From Schizochytrium sp. TIO01 (Eukaryota > Protista > Bigyra: Labyrinthulomycetes), in the NCBI GenBank assembly GCA_004764695.1, contig SMSO01000035.1:4166040-4230039 (forward strand): a DNA stretch of 64,000 nt. The letters run 5' to 3'. Positions 1-10,426 of this stretch are shown here, one piece after another. Both the position numbers and the translations under genes were made by a program. Each line of letters begins with the position of its first letter. Positions within the stretch are counted from its first letter, which is position 1. The notes beneath the pieces were generated by a model that worked only from the letters and a program-made list of their open reading frames with translations, was not told where the DNA came from and did no database searches.

Positions 1-887
1 ACACTGGACCAGGAGCTTGGAGAGCTGTCAAAGAACTTTGGTCGCAACGGAGTGCTGCACATCACGTATGGACCGCAAGCCGTCTTCGGGTGAAGATAAA
101 ACAGTCCAATCATATTTGGCGATCGCAGTGAAGTTGTCCTACCCTTATACCGACCGCAAAACCTCTGGCATACGACATAAACACTACAGAATCGCCTGTA
201 CGATGCAGTACTTGCAGTTTCCTTTTTCTGCGTTCGTACGTTGACAGGATATAACTTTGAGAAAATGATATCTTTGTGGCGTGGATGCTTCAAATCACAC
301 GGTAATTAGAATATGTAAGGGGAAAGCACCTTCTTTCACAAGACCACATTCAAGGAGATGCTCAGCTATGGCTAATATTTATGATGTGACAGAGCTTTCA
401 TTCCCTTTTCATGTTTTGAAACCTCACGAGGCTCTGTTAAAAGGGTCTCATTTTACACCACCATATCAATTCCAAGACCTGCTTAACTTTGCATGGATGA
501 CAATTATTGACTCTAATGGAGCTGGTTCATGAGTAATTCCTTTAAAAAGCAGATATGCTTAGCTGCGTCTGGTTGATCAATGCACTTCTAGTTGAGGACT
601 AGGTGCGAAAGAAAATAAAAATGAAGAAAGACCTACTAGAAAAGCAACCACCTCTGCGGGCTAATTACTATATAATTTGACTGATTAGTTCTTATAAAAT
701 TGAAGAATTGAACAACAAAATCAAGATCAGGAATCATATCTATCTTGGGGACACACAGACTAGAAAGAGCCTCGAAGTCACACAGAGTGCATCTACCTTG
801 TCTATCTTGGCATAAAGCAATAACGTGAATTTCAAAATACGTGACGAAGTAGAATTGAGCGGTGATGGAGTTTATTATCTCGATTGT

Positions 888-3800
888 TTATTTGGCAAGG
901 GTCGGAGGAAGCGGAGGTGGAGGAGGCATCTTGGGTGGCATCGCCACCGCAGGTCGAGGGCGGTTCCATAGCATCACCGCAACAAGGCCACCCAAATGGC
1001 CCAAATTCTGAACAACATAGACATTCTTGTCATCATCGAGCTTTTTCACAGGAACAGCTGCGGTAGAAGAAGTAGACGGAAGACTAGCCTCGGTCTGCGC
1101 TTTGCCTTGTTGCTTCTTCTCGGCATCTTCTTCTTCTTCTTGTTCACCAGTTTTGACTTTCTTAGTTTCCGGCTCGGAATCGGGAGAGTCGCCATCAGAA
1201 GGAAGAGGAGGGGGGGGAGGAGGCATATTATTACCAGTGTCCTTGTAGAAGCTATCAAAGCGAAGACGCAACTTGCCATCAGATGAAGCCTTAACGAGAG
1301 GCGCAAAAATGAGATGGTTGCGGAAAACCTTAGCACACCCAACTACATAGAGACCCTTCCGTGCAGTTGCAGCAGCAAAAATGCTTCGGCGCGGATCTCC
1401 CATCAGGTCATCTTGTAAGGTGGAGGTACGCACCAACGACATGAGAACATAGTTGACAGACTCGCCAACGTGCTCCTCAAACGAAAGGATCGCACGAGGA
1501 AATGGTAATGGTGGGTTGGTGACACGTGCACGTGAGTGCAAGATGTCAATAATAAGAAGCTTTTGAGCTTGGTATGGCGTCATAATAATCACCTCCTTTG
1601 GTGGGTAGCCCATCGCCAACATGTACTGGTAAATGGCAACAACCCACTCAGCCTCCTCGAGGTTCTGGACTTCGCCAGGATGGGCAGTTCTCCGCTCACG
1701 TCCGGTAGCATTGATAAACTGCGTCCGGAGTGCAAAGCCAGGGTTTCCTCCAACCGCATCCGCTGGAGCATCGAGAAGTTTGTCGAGGGGTACCAAAGAA
1801 GGAGCAAAGTCGGCAAGGCCAAAGCGCTCGTCGAGTGTTGCATTGACGTTCTGCGGAATGGGCGGCCTATCGTAGCGAACGCCAAGTCTGCAAAGTTTCT
1901 CGAAAAGCGACGCAGTCGATGAACGTGGCCAAGGCATCTCTCCAGTGCGATCACCCGCAACGATCATTCGCGACAAACGCTTGCGATCGAGGCCAGAAAA
2001 CATGAGCAGTGCATCGCGCTCTAAGAGGCGTCCTGCATATAAGAAAATGATATGATCCATCACCAAACGCTTGCTGTTTCCCGAATGAATATACTGGATC
2101 ATATCCTCCACAGAGGCTACCACAATCTTAGAGTGATCGTGTAATACAAATTCCATTCGCGAGTTGAAATCCCAAATAAGTTCCAAAAGGCGATACGAGC
2201 TGAGCTCGTCAAACATGGCTCTGATCATGTACACTTCGCGCTTGTTCCGGTGTTTGCGGTCGTCGCGGTGACCAAAATAAAACGCGAACGGGAATGCTGG
2301 CACCACCTCACTTGCCTCATAGGCCTTGAGCTCAGGCTGCACATAAAGGCGGTAAAAATGCATAGCGGTCTCGCAACTAAAGTGGCTCGCACCGGCCACA
2401 CCGAGACCTGAGGCTATTTCCTCTACTTCGGCAAGGAGCTCGATACGGCGCTGCAGGCAGGCTGCAATGCGGCCCGAGATGTCTGGTCTACGAAGGCGGG
2501 TGAAAGCGTGAGCAGTTTCTTTTGCCAAGTATCGCGAGAGCTCGATTGCATGTGCATCGTCTGGCAAAACAATAAGCGTCTTCTCGGGGTTACCACCAAC
2601 GAGCTCTTCAAAGATGTCGCCAACGTAGCGGTTTGCACTGTAATGCACAAGGCGAAGACGGTCGTCTGTTGCGCGCTGCAACGCTTTACCATGGCCTAAA
2701 AGGAAATGTGCAAAGGCGTCCGGAAGAAGCTTTTGATCCGGTGTGTTTCGCAGCTGAGAGCACAGCGCCAAACCAACTCGCCGCGGTACATCATTAGCCC
2801 ATTTCCTGCGTACAATGACAAAACGTTGTGTGGATCCCTCTTCAAACTCCGGCATCTTGTCCTCGCAAATCCAGCGCAGGAACATCATTCCCGTTGCAGG
2901 GTTTACACTGCGGACTTGAGCAGGGTAAATAGCTGTAATCTCGCATTCCTTTTTGCTCTCTGGATCCACGCGAATCGCGCATATGACAACACTCAAGAGA
3001 GACACTGGCAGACTCGTCCACTCCGCTACGACTGGTCGCGGAGTCCCTATGAAGTTGCACTGCACCGTAGTCTTTGAAAGCAGCGAACATGGCATTGCCA
3101 TTCTTGCCCACCCCCCAAAGGTGATAACATTGTTCTCCAACTTGATGCCAAGCAGTTCGATCGCACGTTGTAAGTCATACGCCAGCGCATATCTCGCCTC
3201 TTCGGCCATATGCAGAATATTCTCCTCAATCATGGCCTCCTCAGACACGTGCTGCAAGCGGCACGCGAGCGATTCGCGAACCAGTGATGCTCTGCTGTGG
3301 CCTTCGTCTTCCAAACCGGGCAATTCGTGTTCCCACGTTTCACTCTTGCCACCAGGCAGCGTGAACCAAACCTTCAAGTCAAACTTCTCCTGTGTGCACT
3401 CCCCGAAGGGTTTCACAGGTCTATGTGCCACCTTGAGTACCTGGGTCAAAAAGGCCTTGCTTGAGGGCGGTGCAAGTTCCTCCACTGTGCAACGTTCAAG
3501 CGATGGCACGCGGTGCACGAAGAGTCCCAAATAATCACAGAACGCCAGGAGCTGCGAGACGTCAACAGCATCTAGAGCATTCTCCTCCACAATTAGATGC
3601 TGCGCCTGGCTCACAGGCACGAGCGTGATATTGGTAAGGATATCTTCGAAGTGGCGATGAATGATTCTCTGCATGAGTCGCACGCGAGCGATGCGGTGTT
3701 GCTTAACCTCCTCAGAACGTTTCGTGGCGCAGACTAGCGCCTGGTCGAGCTTTGCGAGCAGAAGACTCATCTCGCGATCACCCTCGTCCGCCTGAAGTTC

Positions 3801-4886
3801 AAGTCTTGCGACAAGACAGGCATCCTCAACAAGGAGCGCAAGAAACCTTCTGAGCATGGGCGACATGAGGCAGTTCGTAATGAACTTCAGTGCCTCCTGC
3901 CTGGTTCTGGGTGAGGCTCCAATGAGCGCGTGCGCAAAAACAGCTTGCCAGAAACCTTGGATGTATTTCTTCTCATCTTCATCAATTGGCTTGGCATTGA
4001 GCGCTTTCCACTGCTGCCTCAGAGCAGAGCCTTGTTCTACAAGATGCCTCTCAAGATGGTCCTTCTCCACAAGATTCCACAGTTCATGCGAACTCAGCCT
4101 GAGCAGCGAGCTTCGCACAGACTGGAGATCCATTCGTGCGAAGAGCAAAGAGAACATTCCCATATATGAGGCTGAGACGTTCCGTGTTTCCACCGCGCGA
4201 GGGTCAAGTTCCGTGAACTGCCGTACCACGCGCTGCATATACGCAGGGAAGTCTGCATGCTGGCTCATACCCTGCACCAGCAGAGCGCGCTTTCCAGCAG
4301 TGGCGTACCAGAGCAGCGCCACGCTCACGTGAATAATATCGGCGTCGCATCCGTGCACGTCCTTTGAAATCTCAGGCCATAACCGCAACATCAGGGTTTC
4401 CTCGCGATCCAGCTTCGCCAAGACTTTGCACCTGTGAGCATGACCGAGGTCAATTTTCATCCACATGTCATCAATAGCGATCTCATCGTCACATAAACTG
4501 CTGCCCTGGGTGGACGCCGCAGCGCTGCGACGACCGTCTGTGCTATTACGGGGACGTTTGCGTGTAGAGCTCAGCAGCTCTGAAGAAACCAAGTTGTCAT
4601 CAGCGGTGGTGGAGGCAAGCTTGGACGAAGATAGAGCAGACGAAGATGAAGACGCCGAGGGCGCAGTCGTCGCGGAGGCATCAGCGTAGGCAGAGGCCGA
4701 GGGCGCTAAAGCGCCAGAGGGAGGAGCAGCGTCGCCCGCAGAAGTGGCCTCAGCCGAAGAAGCGGCGGCTTGGACTTCAAGAGTGACGGTGGAAGCTGCC
4801 GCCGGCTCAGAGGCATGATTATTGTTGACAGGCACCGGGGCGTCGGGCGCAGACGGAGGGGAGGAGGCACCGTCGTGAGACGACAT
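888..4886 (-). CDS. AQR: Aquarius (intron-binding spliceosomal SF1 helicase)-like protein, highly divergent, catalytic motifs degenerate
   Basis: Single ORF of 1332 aa. AQR-specific segments are recognisable: FGGWARMAMP, RRIELLAEVEEIASGLGVAGASHFSCETAMHFY, MFDELSSYRLLELI, ASLFEKLCRLGV, NPGFALRTQFIN, QNLEEAEWVVAIYQYMLAMGYPPKEVIIMTPYQAQKLLI, YVLMSLVRT. Low-complexity Ala/Ser N-terminus and Pro-rich C-terminus. Confidence 0.85.
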   Translation of the reverse strand: MSSHDGASSPPSAPDAPVPVNNNHASEPAAASTVTLEVQAAASSAEATSAGDAAPPSGALAPSASAYADASATTAPSASSSSSALSSSKLASTTADDNLVSSELLSSTRKRPRNSTDGRRSAAASTQGSSLCDDEIAIDDMWMKIDLGHAHRCKVLAKLDREETLMLRLWPEISKDVHGCDADIIHVSVALLWYATAGKRALLVQGMSQHADFPAYMQRVVRQFTELDPRAVETRNVSASYMGMFSLLFARMDLQSVRSSLLRLSSHELWNLVEKDHLERHLVEQGSALRQQWKALNAKPIDEDEKKYIQGFWQAVFAHALIGASPRTRQEALKFITNCLMSPMLRRFLALLVEDACLVARLELQADEGDREMSLLLAKLDQALVCATKRSEEVKQHRIARVRLMQRIIHRHFEDILTNITLVPVSQAQHLIVEENALDAVDVSQLLAFCDYLGLFVHRVPSLERCTVEELAPPSSKAFLTQVLKVAHRPVKPFGECTQEKFDLKVWFTLPGGKSETWEHELPGLEDEGHSRASLVRESLACRLQHVSEEAMIEENILHMAEEARYALAYDLQRAIELLGIKLENNVITFGGWARMAMPCSLLSKTTVQCNFIGTPRPVVAEWTSLPVSLLSVVICAIRVDPESKKECEITAIYPAQVRSVNPATGMMFLRWICEDKMPEFEEGSTQRFVIVRRKWANDVPRRVGLALCSQLRNTPDQKLLPDAFAHFLLGHGKALQRATDDRLRLVHYSANRYVGDIFEELVGGNPEKTLIVLPDDAHAIELSRYLAKETAHAFTRLRRPDISGRIAACLQRRIELLAEVEEIASGLGVAGASHFSCETAMHFYRLYVQPELKAYEASEVVPAFPFAFYFGHRDDRKHRNKREVYMIRAMFDELSSYRLLELIWDFNSRMEFVLHDHSKIVVASVEDMIQYIHSGNSKRLVMDHIIFLYAGRLLERDALLMFSGLDRKRLSRMIVAGDRTGEMPWPRSSTASLFEKLCRLGVRYDRPPIPQNVNATLDERFGLADFAPSLVPLDKLLDAPADAVGGNPGFALRTQFINATGRERRTAHPGEVQNLEEAEWVVAIYQYMLAMGYPPKEVIIMTPYQAQKLLIIDILHSRARVTNPPLPFPRAILSFEEHVGESVNYVLMSLVRTSTLQDDLMGDPRRSIFAAATARKGLYVVGCAKVFRNHLIFAPLVKASSDGKLRLRFDSFYKDTGNNMPPPPPPLPSDGDSPDSEPETKKVKTGEQEEEEDAEKKQQGKAQTEASLPSTSSTAAVPVKKLDDDKNVYVVQNLGHLGGLVAVMLWNRPRPAVAMPPKMPPPPPLPPTLAK

Positions 4887-5016
4887 GAGGCCCGATTGAT
4901 GAAGCGACGGGCCTCTTCGAAGGCACTTGAGGCGGCAGTAGGGCGACCTCCGCGCCCACTCGTCGAGGATTTGAGTTTGACTGAGCGAGTGTCTGTCTGC
5001 TCGCCGCCCAAGAGAT

Positions 5017-5174
5017 CTATAACCTACTTACAAGAGCACCTATAACCCACTTATACACCTCTATAACATACTTTTATGCATCTCCTATAACTCACTTGGG
5101 TCCAAGATCCCCTTGCCGGCTATAACCTACTTGTGTATCTATTCTCTACAGTACGCCTTGTCTATATCCCACTT
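5017..5174. repeat. Six dispersed 13-bp direct repeats CTATA(A/T)CNNACTT with non-identical spacers, upstream of the AQR-like gene
   Basis: Copies start at 5017, 5040, 5061, 5085, 5120 and 5162. Spacers are 10, 8, 11, 22 and 29 nt. Confidence 0.85.
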
Positions 5175-8100
5175 ACAATGCAAAAGCTCTACTGTAGTGC
5201 CACTCGGCCACACGCTTCGCCTTCTTCTTCTTGGTGTTTTTTCCCTCTTTTCTTCTTTCTTCCTTTCTGTCTTTGTCTCTCTCTCCTTTTCTTTTCTTTT
5301 CTTTTCTTTTGTTTCTTTTGTTTCTTTTGTCAAGAGTCTCCAAAGTCACTTTCCTTCGTCAATCTTCTTTCGTTGTTTGTAAGCAAATTGTGCGCTCCTC
5401 GAGACCCCAATCCTGCGACGAGCAGAAACTGGATAAGCCGCTCCCTCCTGGGTTGGCCCTGACTTAGCCCACGCAACGGCGAGAACGGGGCTTCTGGAGA
5501 TTATACACAGCTCGCGACCAATTGAATTGCCTGCTTTACTTTGGTGATTGATTTTTGGTAAACTTGCACCAAAGGCGCTTATTATTCGTACGTTCTTCAT
5601 CATCAATCAACTCATTTATATATATGTATGTCGGAAAGCGGAGTGAACACATAACACCATTCATAACAAAGGTGAACCATCAACTTTCGAGCATTGTAAT
5701 GTAAAAATGTAATGCGGGGGCGAGTCAAAATTGCACAAAGTGGCGTGCTTCCGTGGACAAAACCTCGTGGCTCCTGACCGAAGGCAGGTCAGCTGTGAGG
5801 TTGACGATCACGCGTGCACCACCACTCGCCTGTCAGGACCTTGGGCACCTGGGACCCCGGCTTTTGGTGAGCAGAGGAGATCTGACTGAGTATATTTGTG
5901 TCCAAATGACAACTTCACGGCGCTCTGATTTTCTCTCTTTCCTTTCAGATTAGTGCTGCCTAAGCACCTTATCTAGTTAGTTAGTTAGTTCTCTAGCTAG
6001 AGTAGGAACGAGGAAGTTGCGGCTGCCACTGTAAGGGAGGGGAGTTGAGCAAGCAAGTTCTTGAAGGAGTCCTTGAAGAAGTCCTCCGAAAAGACCTTGC
6101 TCAAGCTGCTCACAAACTGTGAAATGTGCATTTACAAGCTGTAAAAAGTTTGGGGTGGCTGGTTTTGCGATTGAGGAGTTGGTCATCGTTGTAGAGGCTT
6201 CGGAAATAGCTCCGTGAGCCAAACTTGAGAACTTGAACTCGTACAAAGCTAACTGGTACGGGGATCTATCTGGCTGCTTGTGCTCATTGCCATGCATAAT
6301 TGTGCTTGTAATGCTGTACGCTTCACTTTTTGCGTTGTCTCGAAAGAACCCGAGTATGCCAGGCGATGGCTATTATTACGTATGCAGCAAGTTGAAGAGT
6401 GGAGGAGCGTGCGCTTTAAGCTCTATCTGTAGGAAGTTGGTACTTCATATTGCTCACAGAACCATATCGAGGGTAGTATGCTTCAGTAGCGATGTGTTAA
6501 TTTGTTGGTTTCGCTTGACCTAGAGCAGCTTGGCAATACGACAATCTGGGGTACGCCATTCATATATCATTTCGTCTAGGTGATAGTTAAGATCAATCAA
6601 ACCAACAATCAACTATCTGCCACTATTGTTACGTTGGAACAGCCTATATATATGATATACATATCATATTAAGAAGGACAGTCTCATACCTTGTTTTCAG
6701 TGTGGTCATGCATTGACTTATTAAAGAACCAACTGCCGTTGATTATTGGCTCAATTTAAGCGCACACGTGGCAACAATATCACTCAAGCGTCAAGCCTAG
6801 CTTTGTTTCTGCAAAGCATGTTTCTGAGGTCTGTACAACAAATTGATGCAAAAGATTTCTTTCCTCAAGGAGTGCACTGTTCTGCTAACATTTCTCTCTA
6901 AAGTTGATTCACATGTAGGGTGACTTCCAGGTACTCCACCAAAGTAGTAGTTAGGATAACGCACCTACTTTCTTCAAGATTGCCCTTGATTTGCCAAATA
7001 AGTTATAAGCCATTCGAAACAAAACTTCAGACAGCAAATTGTAGCATTGAAAAGGGAGTTTTCAACCTCTGTATAAGCAGGTAGGTCACCGTAGAAATAT
7101 CCTCCTGCCGCAAATTGACAGGACTGAGTCCATCACCAGCTGATGTAGACGGTGATCGAAGTGAACACAACATTCAGACACATTTGCGAGGTCGCCTGGT
7201 TCTGTTCTCTGCTCCTGTGTCTATGAAATCACCTCAAAAGAAAAGTAGATGAAAAAGACATGAAGACAAAGTAAGCAAAGTAAATGCATGATCAACGCTA
7301 TGTACAAGCTTTGACCAAGAATGACATTCTCATGATCAGAGCATTAGTACTCTGAGACATTATTTATCTGATTAGAACAACATTCGTGTTGCTATAGGGA
7401 ATGATATGTTTTATTGATACGTTTGGGTAACTCAATTATAGGTTTTAAAAGCACCCGTATCATAGACTGCGAGAGATGTCAACATCTTCAACTGTAAAGC
7501 GCTAATTGCCGTTCCACTCGCCACCCTACAAACATGACGCCACTTTTTCACATTCACACATATTTTTTTTTTAATTATTACATTTTAATTATTATTGTTG
7601 TTATTGTTATTGAAATAAAAAATATGATAATGCAGTGCGTTCGTTGTATTCAAACTGCACATCCAATTCTTTGTGGGTCCCTTTAATGTTTCATCTTGTG
7701 TTAGAAGTTACTATGATTTTTTACCAGCAGTACTAGTAGTAGAGGTAGTGGCAGTAGTGGGTACATGTTTATAAAAATAAAATAAAAGTTTACATAGGCT
7801 AGTAGTTTTCACTTTGCCACATGGGAAGCAAGAAATCACTGTGGTGCTGCAGAATCCCGGCAATCATCAAATCAGGAAGCCTCAGCCAACAAAATTGTAA
7901 ACCACCACCTAGCCGACAAAAGCCACGCGCTCGCCAAAGACTTCATCGCGCGCTGCAATGATTAGAGCCATGAAAGGGTTTTTGCAAGTTGCTTCAAGCT
8001 ACCACCAGTCAAGATCATTCCTGTCTATTATGAGGCACCATCGACATCGATGATGATCCAGCATCTGCGATGACGACGACTCATTGCCGAGACTATAGTT

Positions 8101-9387
8101 CGACAAAGTATCTAAGGCACATGTTAGTTAGTTTAGCGGTTTGCTGGCTCCTCATCATCTGTTATCAGCCAACCGCTCGCTCTGCACGCACGTTCATCAG
8201 GCGCCTTCCTTTCAGCAAGAGAAACCATTTTATCCAGCGTTGACGATCCTCTCCGTTAACCCTTTTGCGGTACTCCTGCTGCATCTGTACTACGTCCACG
8301 CAGAATCGCCTTTTGATCTCGGAAAAAGAAGTCATTCTGGCACCACCCATATCTCCCATTCTCTCACGGCTTCGCTCCTGCATTGACACCTCCAACCTGC
8401 TCAACCTGCAGCTCCACGACCTGCAACCACCTTCGCAGATGTCTTCTTCGACGTCTTCTTTGGCAACCACGCTCCTGAAGACTGGTCTCGGCCAGGACCT
8501 TCGTGTGGACCACCTCGCTACGGCGTTCTACAGTATCGCCTAGCTCACCGCGCCCCGGAGGCAGCTAGCGTTCGCAAAAGCCTCGAGTTGCACTGCCGAG
8601 GAGTGAGCAAGTCTGACGAAGGCAGGCGCGAGGGGCTTAGACGACAGCCAATCATGGACTCGAGGGAGCATGAAGTCAGACTTGGTCTGCGGTATGACCC
8701 GAAGCAGCGAACGGCACACTAGAGGGAAGAAAGTAGAAGACCAAAGAGTGCGATGCGCTTGCGCAAGATGCGGCGGCTTTGCTTCCATACTTGCCTGCTG
8801 AGGTCTGAAACCAACCTTGGGTGCCGGCTCTTCGAGGACCTGAGGTTTGTCTGCCCACCCGCAACGCCAGAGACACCGGCCGGCCGCGAGATGAATGACT
8901 CATCGGTCCAACTCCAAGGAACTGGGGGTGAATGAATGAGCAATTGATTCCATGGACAGTAATTTATGAACAATAAAACAAACAAACAATAAAACAGATA
9001 AACAATAAAACAAACAATAAAACAAACAAACAATAAAACAAATCAGAGACTTTTATTTACTGACAGTAAATAAATAGATCATTAAATAGAGTGAGAGACA
9101 CACTCACATACACATACACATACACCAAGGGTGCAAAAGTTTAGTGTAACTTTTGTCGACATGGAAAGGTCTGTCTGCTTAGCTATAGTTCGCTCACTCA
9201 CTTGCATGAAGAACCTCGAGTTCGTTAGTTGGTTGGAGCTTGCTTCTTCATTGCCGTGCAGACCGTGGCAGGCCTCCCCGGAAGCACGCAAGCCTCCCTG
9301 CCAAGCGTCAAGTTTGCATGGGCTATAGAGAACGTCTGATCGCTGTGGCGATTGATTGATTGATCGATCGACGCTTTTGGCATTTTA

Positions 9388-9491
<104 letters not shown>

Positions 9492-10426
9492 ATCCTTTCA
9501 TCTTAAGATGAAAGGAATCCGCAAACAAAAATAGAACGCGCCGCGGTCCCAATATAGGCTCGTAATGGAACAGTGGCGGTCGAATGGAACGCTAATTTGT
9601 TTCTTTACAATCTAATTTTATTTTTTATTTTTTATTTTTTTTATTAATTATGTTTTTTCTCTCTCTTTCTAGAGATCTAGAACTGGAACTCAGTCACTCG
9701 TGGACAAACAAACAATGCAATCTGATCGAAGCCATCGATCGCTGAGAGGAGCTCGAAGCATATTGCCGAATGCGGATCGATGGTATGACTCTCATGGGCC
9801 TTCGATCTACTCCACTTTAGGGAATCACGAAGGATTGGTCGATTGATCAGCGCGACTCCGGCGATGAACGGCGATTGTCACTTTTTTGTTACTTTGATTC
9901 TCCATATTGGGCCTTTACAGTTTTCACCTTTTTCCCTTTTATTTATTTCTTTTTTAATTTTTCTTATTATTATTTATTTTTCTCTTATTATTTGCGTATT
10001 TGTCATATATTTTCTCCTGTTTTCTTTAAGTTAAAGTGTTTGTTGTTTTCTTTCTTTCACTGAGATTGATAGGAGGTAATATGGGCAAAGATGAGTGAAA
10101 GGAATGAAAGATTGAGACAAAGTGCTCATCAACGACGACGACAACGACGACGAGGAGGAGGAGGAGGAGGATATTCAATCACCCAAAGACTCGAATTCCT
10201 CGCGGCGACAGAGGCGCTTGGGAGGCGCGGCTCTCGTATATCTGCGCCTTAAGTTCTCTTCCTCCTCCCCGGATCTCTGCGCGCATCGCTGCGACCAGCG
10301 GCGGCGTGCCTGAGACGGCAAGACAGAGTCTTGGAGAGGTCAGTTTGCAAAGACTGATCTATCAACTGAGCGGAGCAGAGAAGCTTGAGACGAACTCGGA
10401 CAGACTAGAACGCACCGAGGGAGGTG

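Noticed and set aside
1-600. Short ORFs at the left window edge
   Set aside because: No motifs or codon bias. A gene continuing beyond the edge cannot be assessed from this window.
5017-5174. CRISPR-array interpretation of the 13-bp repeats
   Set aside because: Repeats are too short and degenerate, spacers vary from 8 to 29 nt, no cas genes are present, and the context is eukaryotic.
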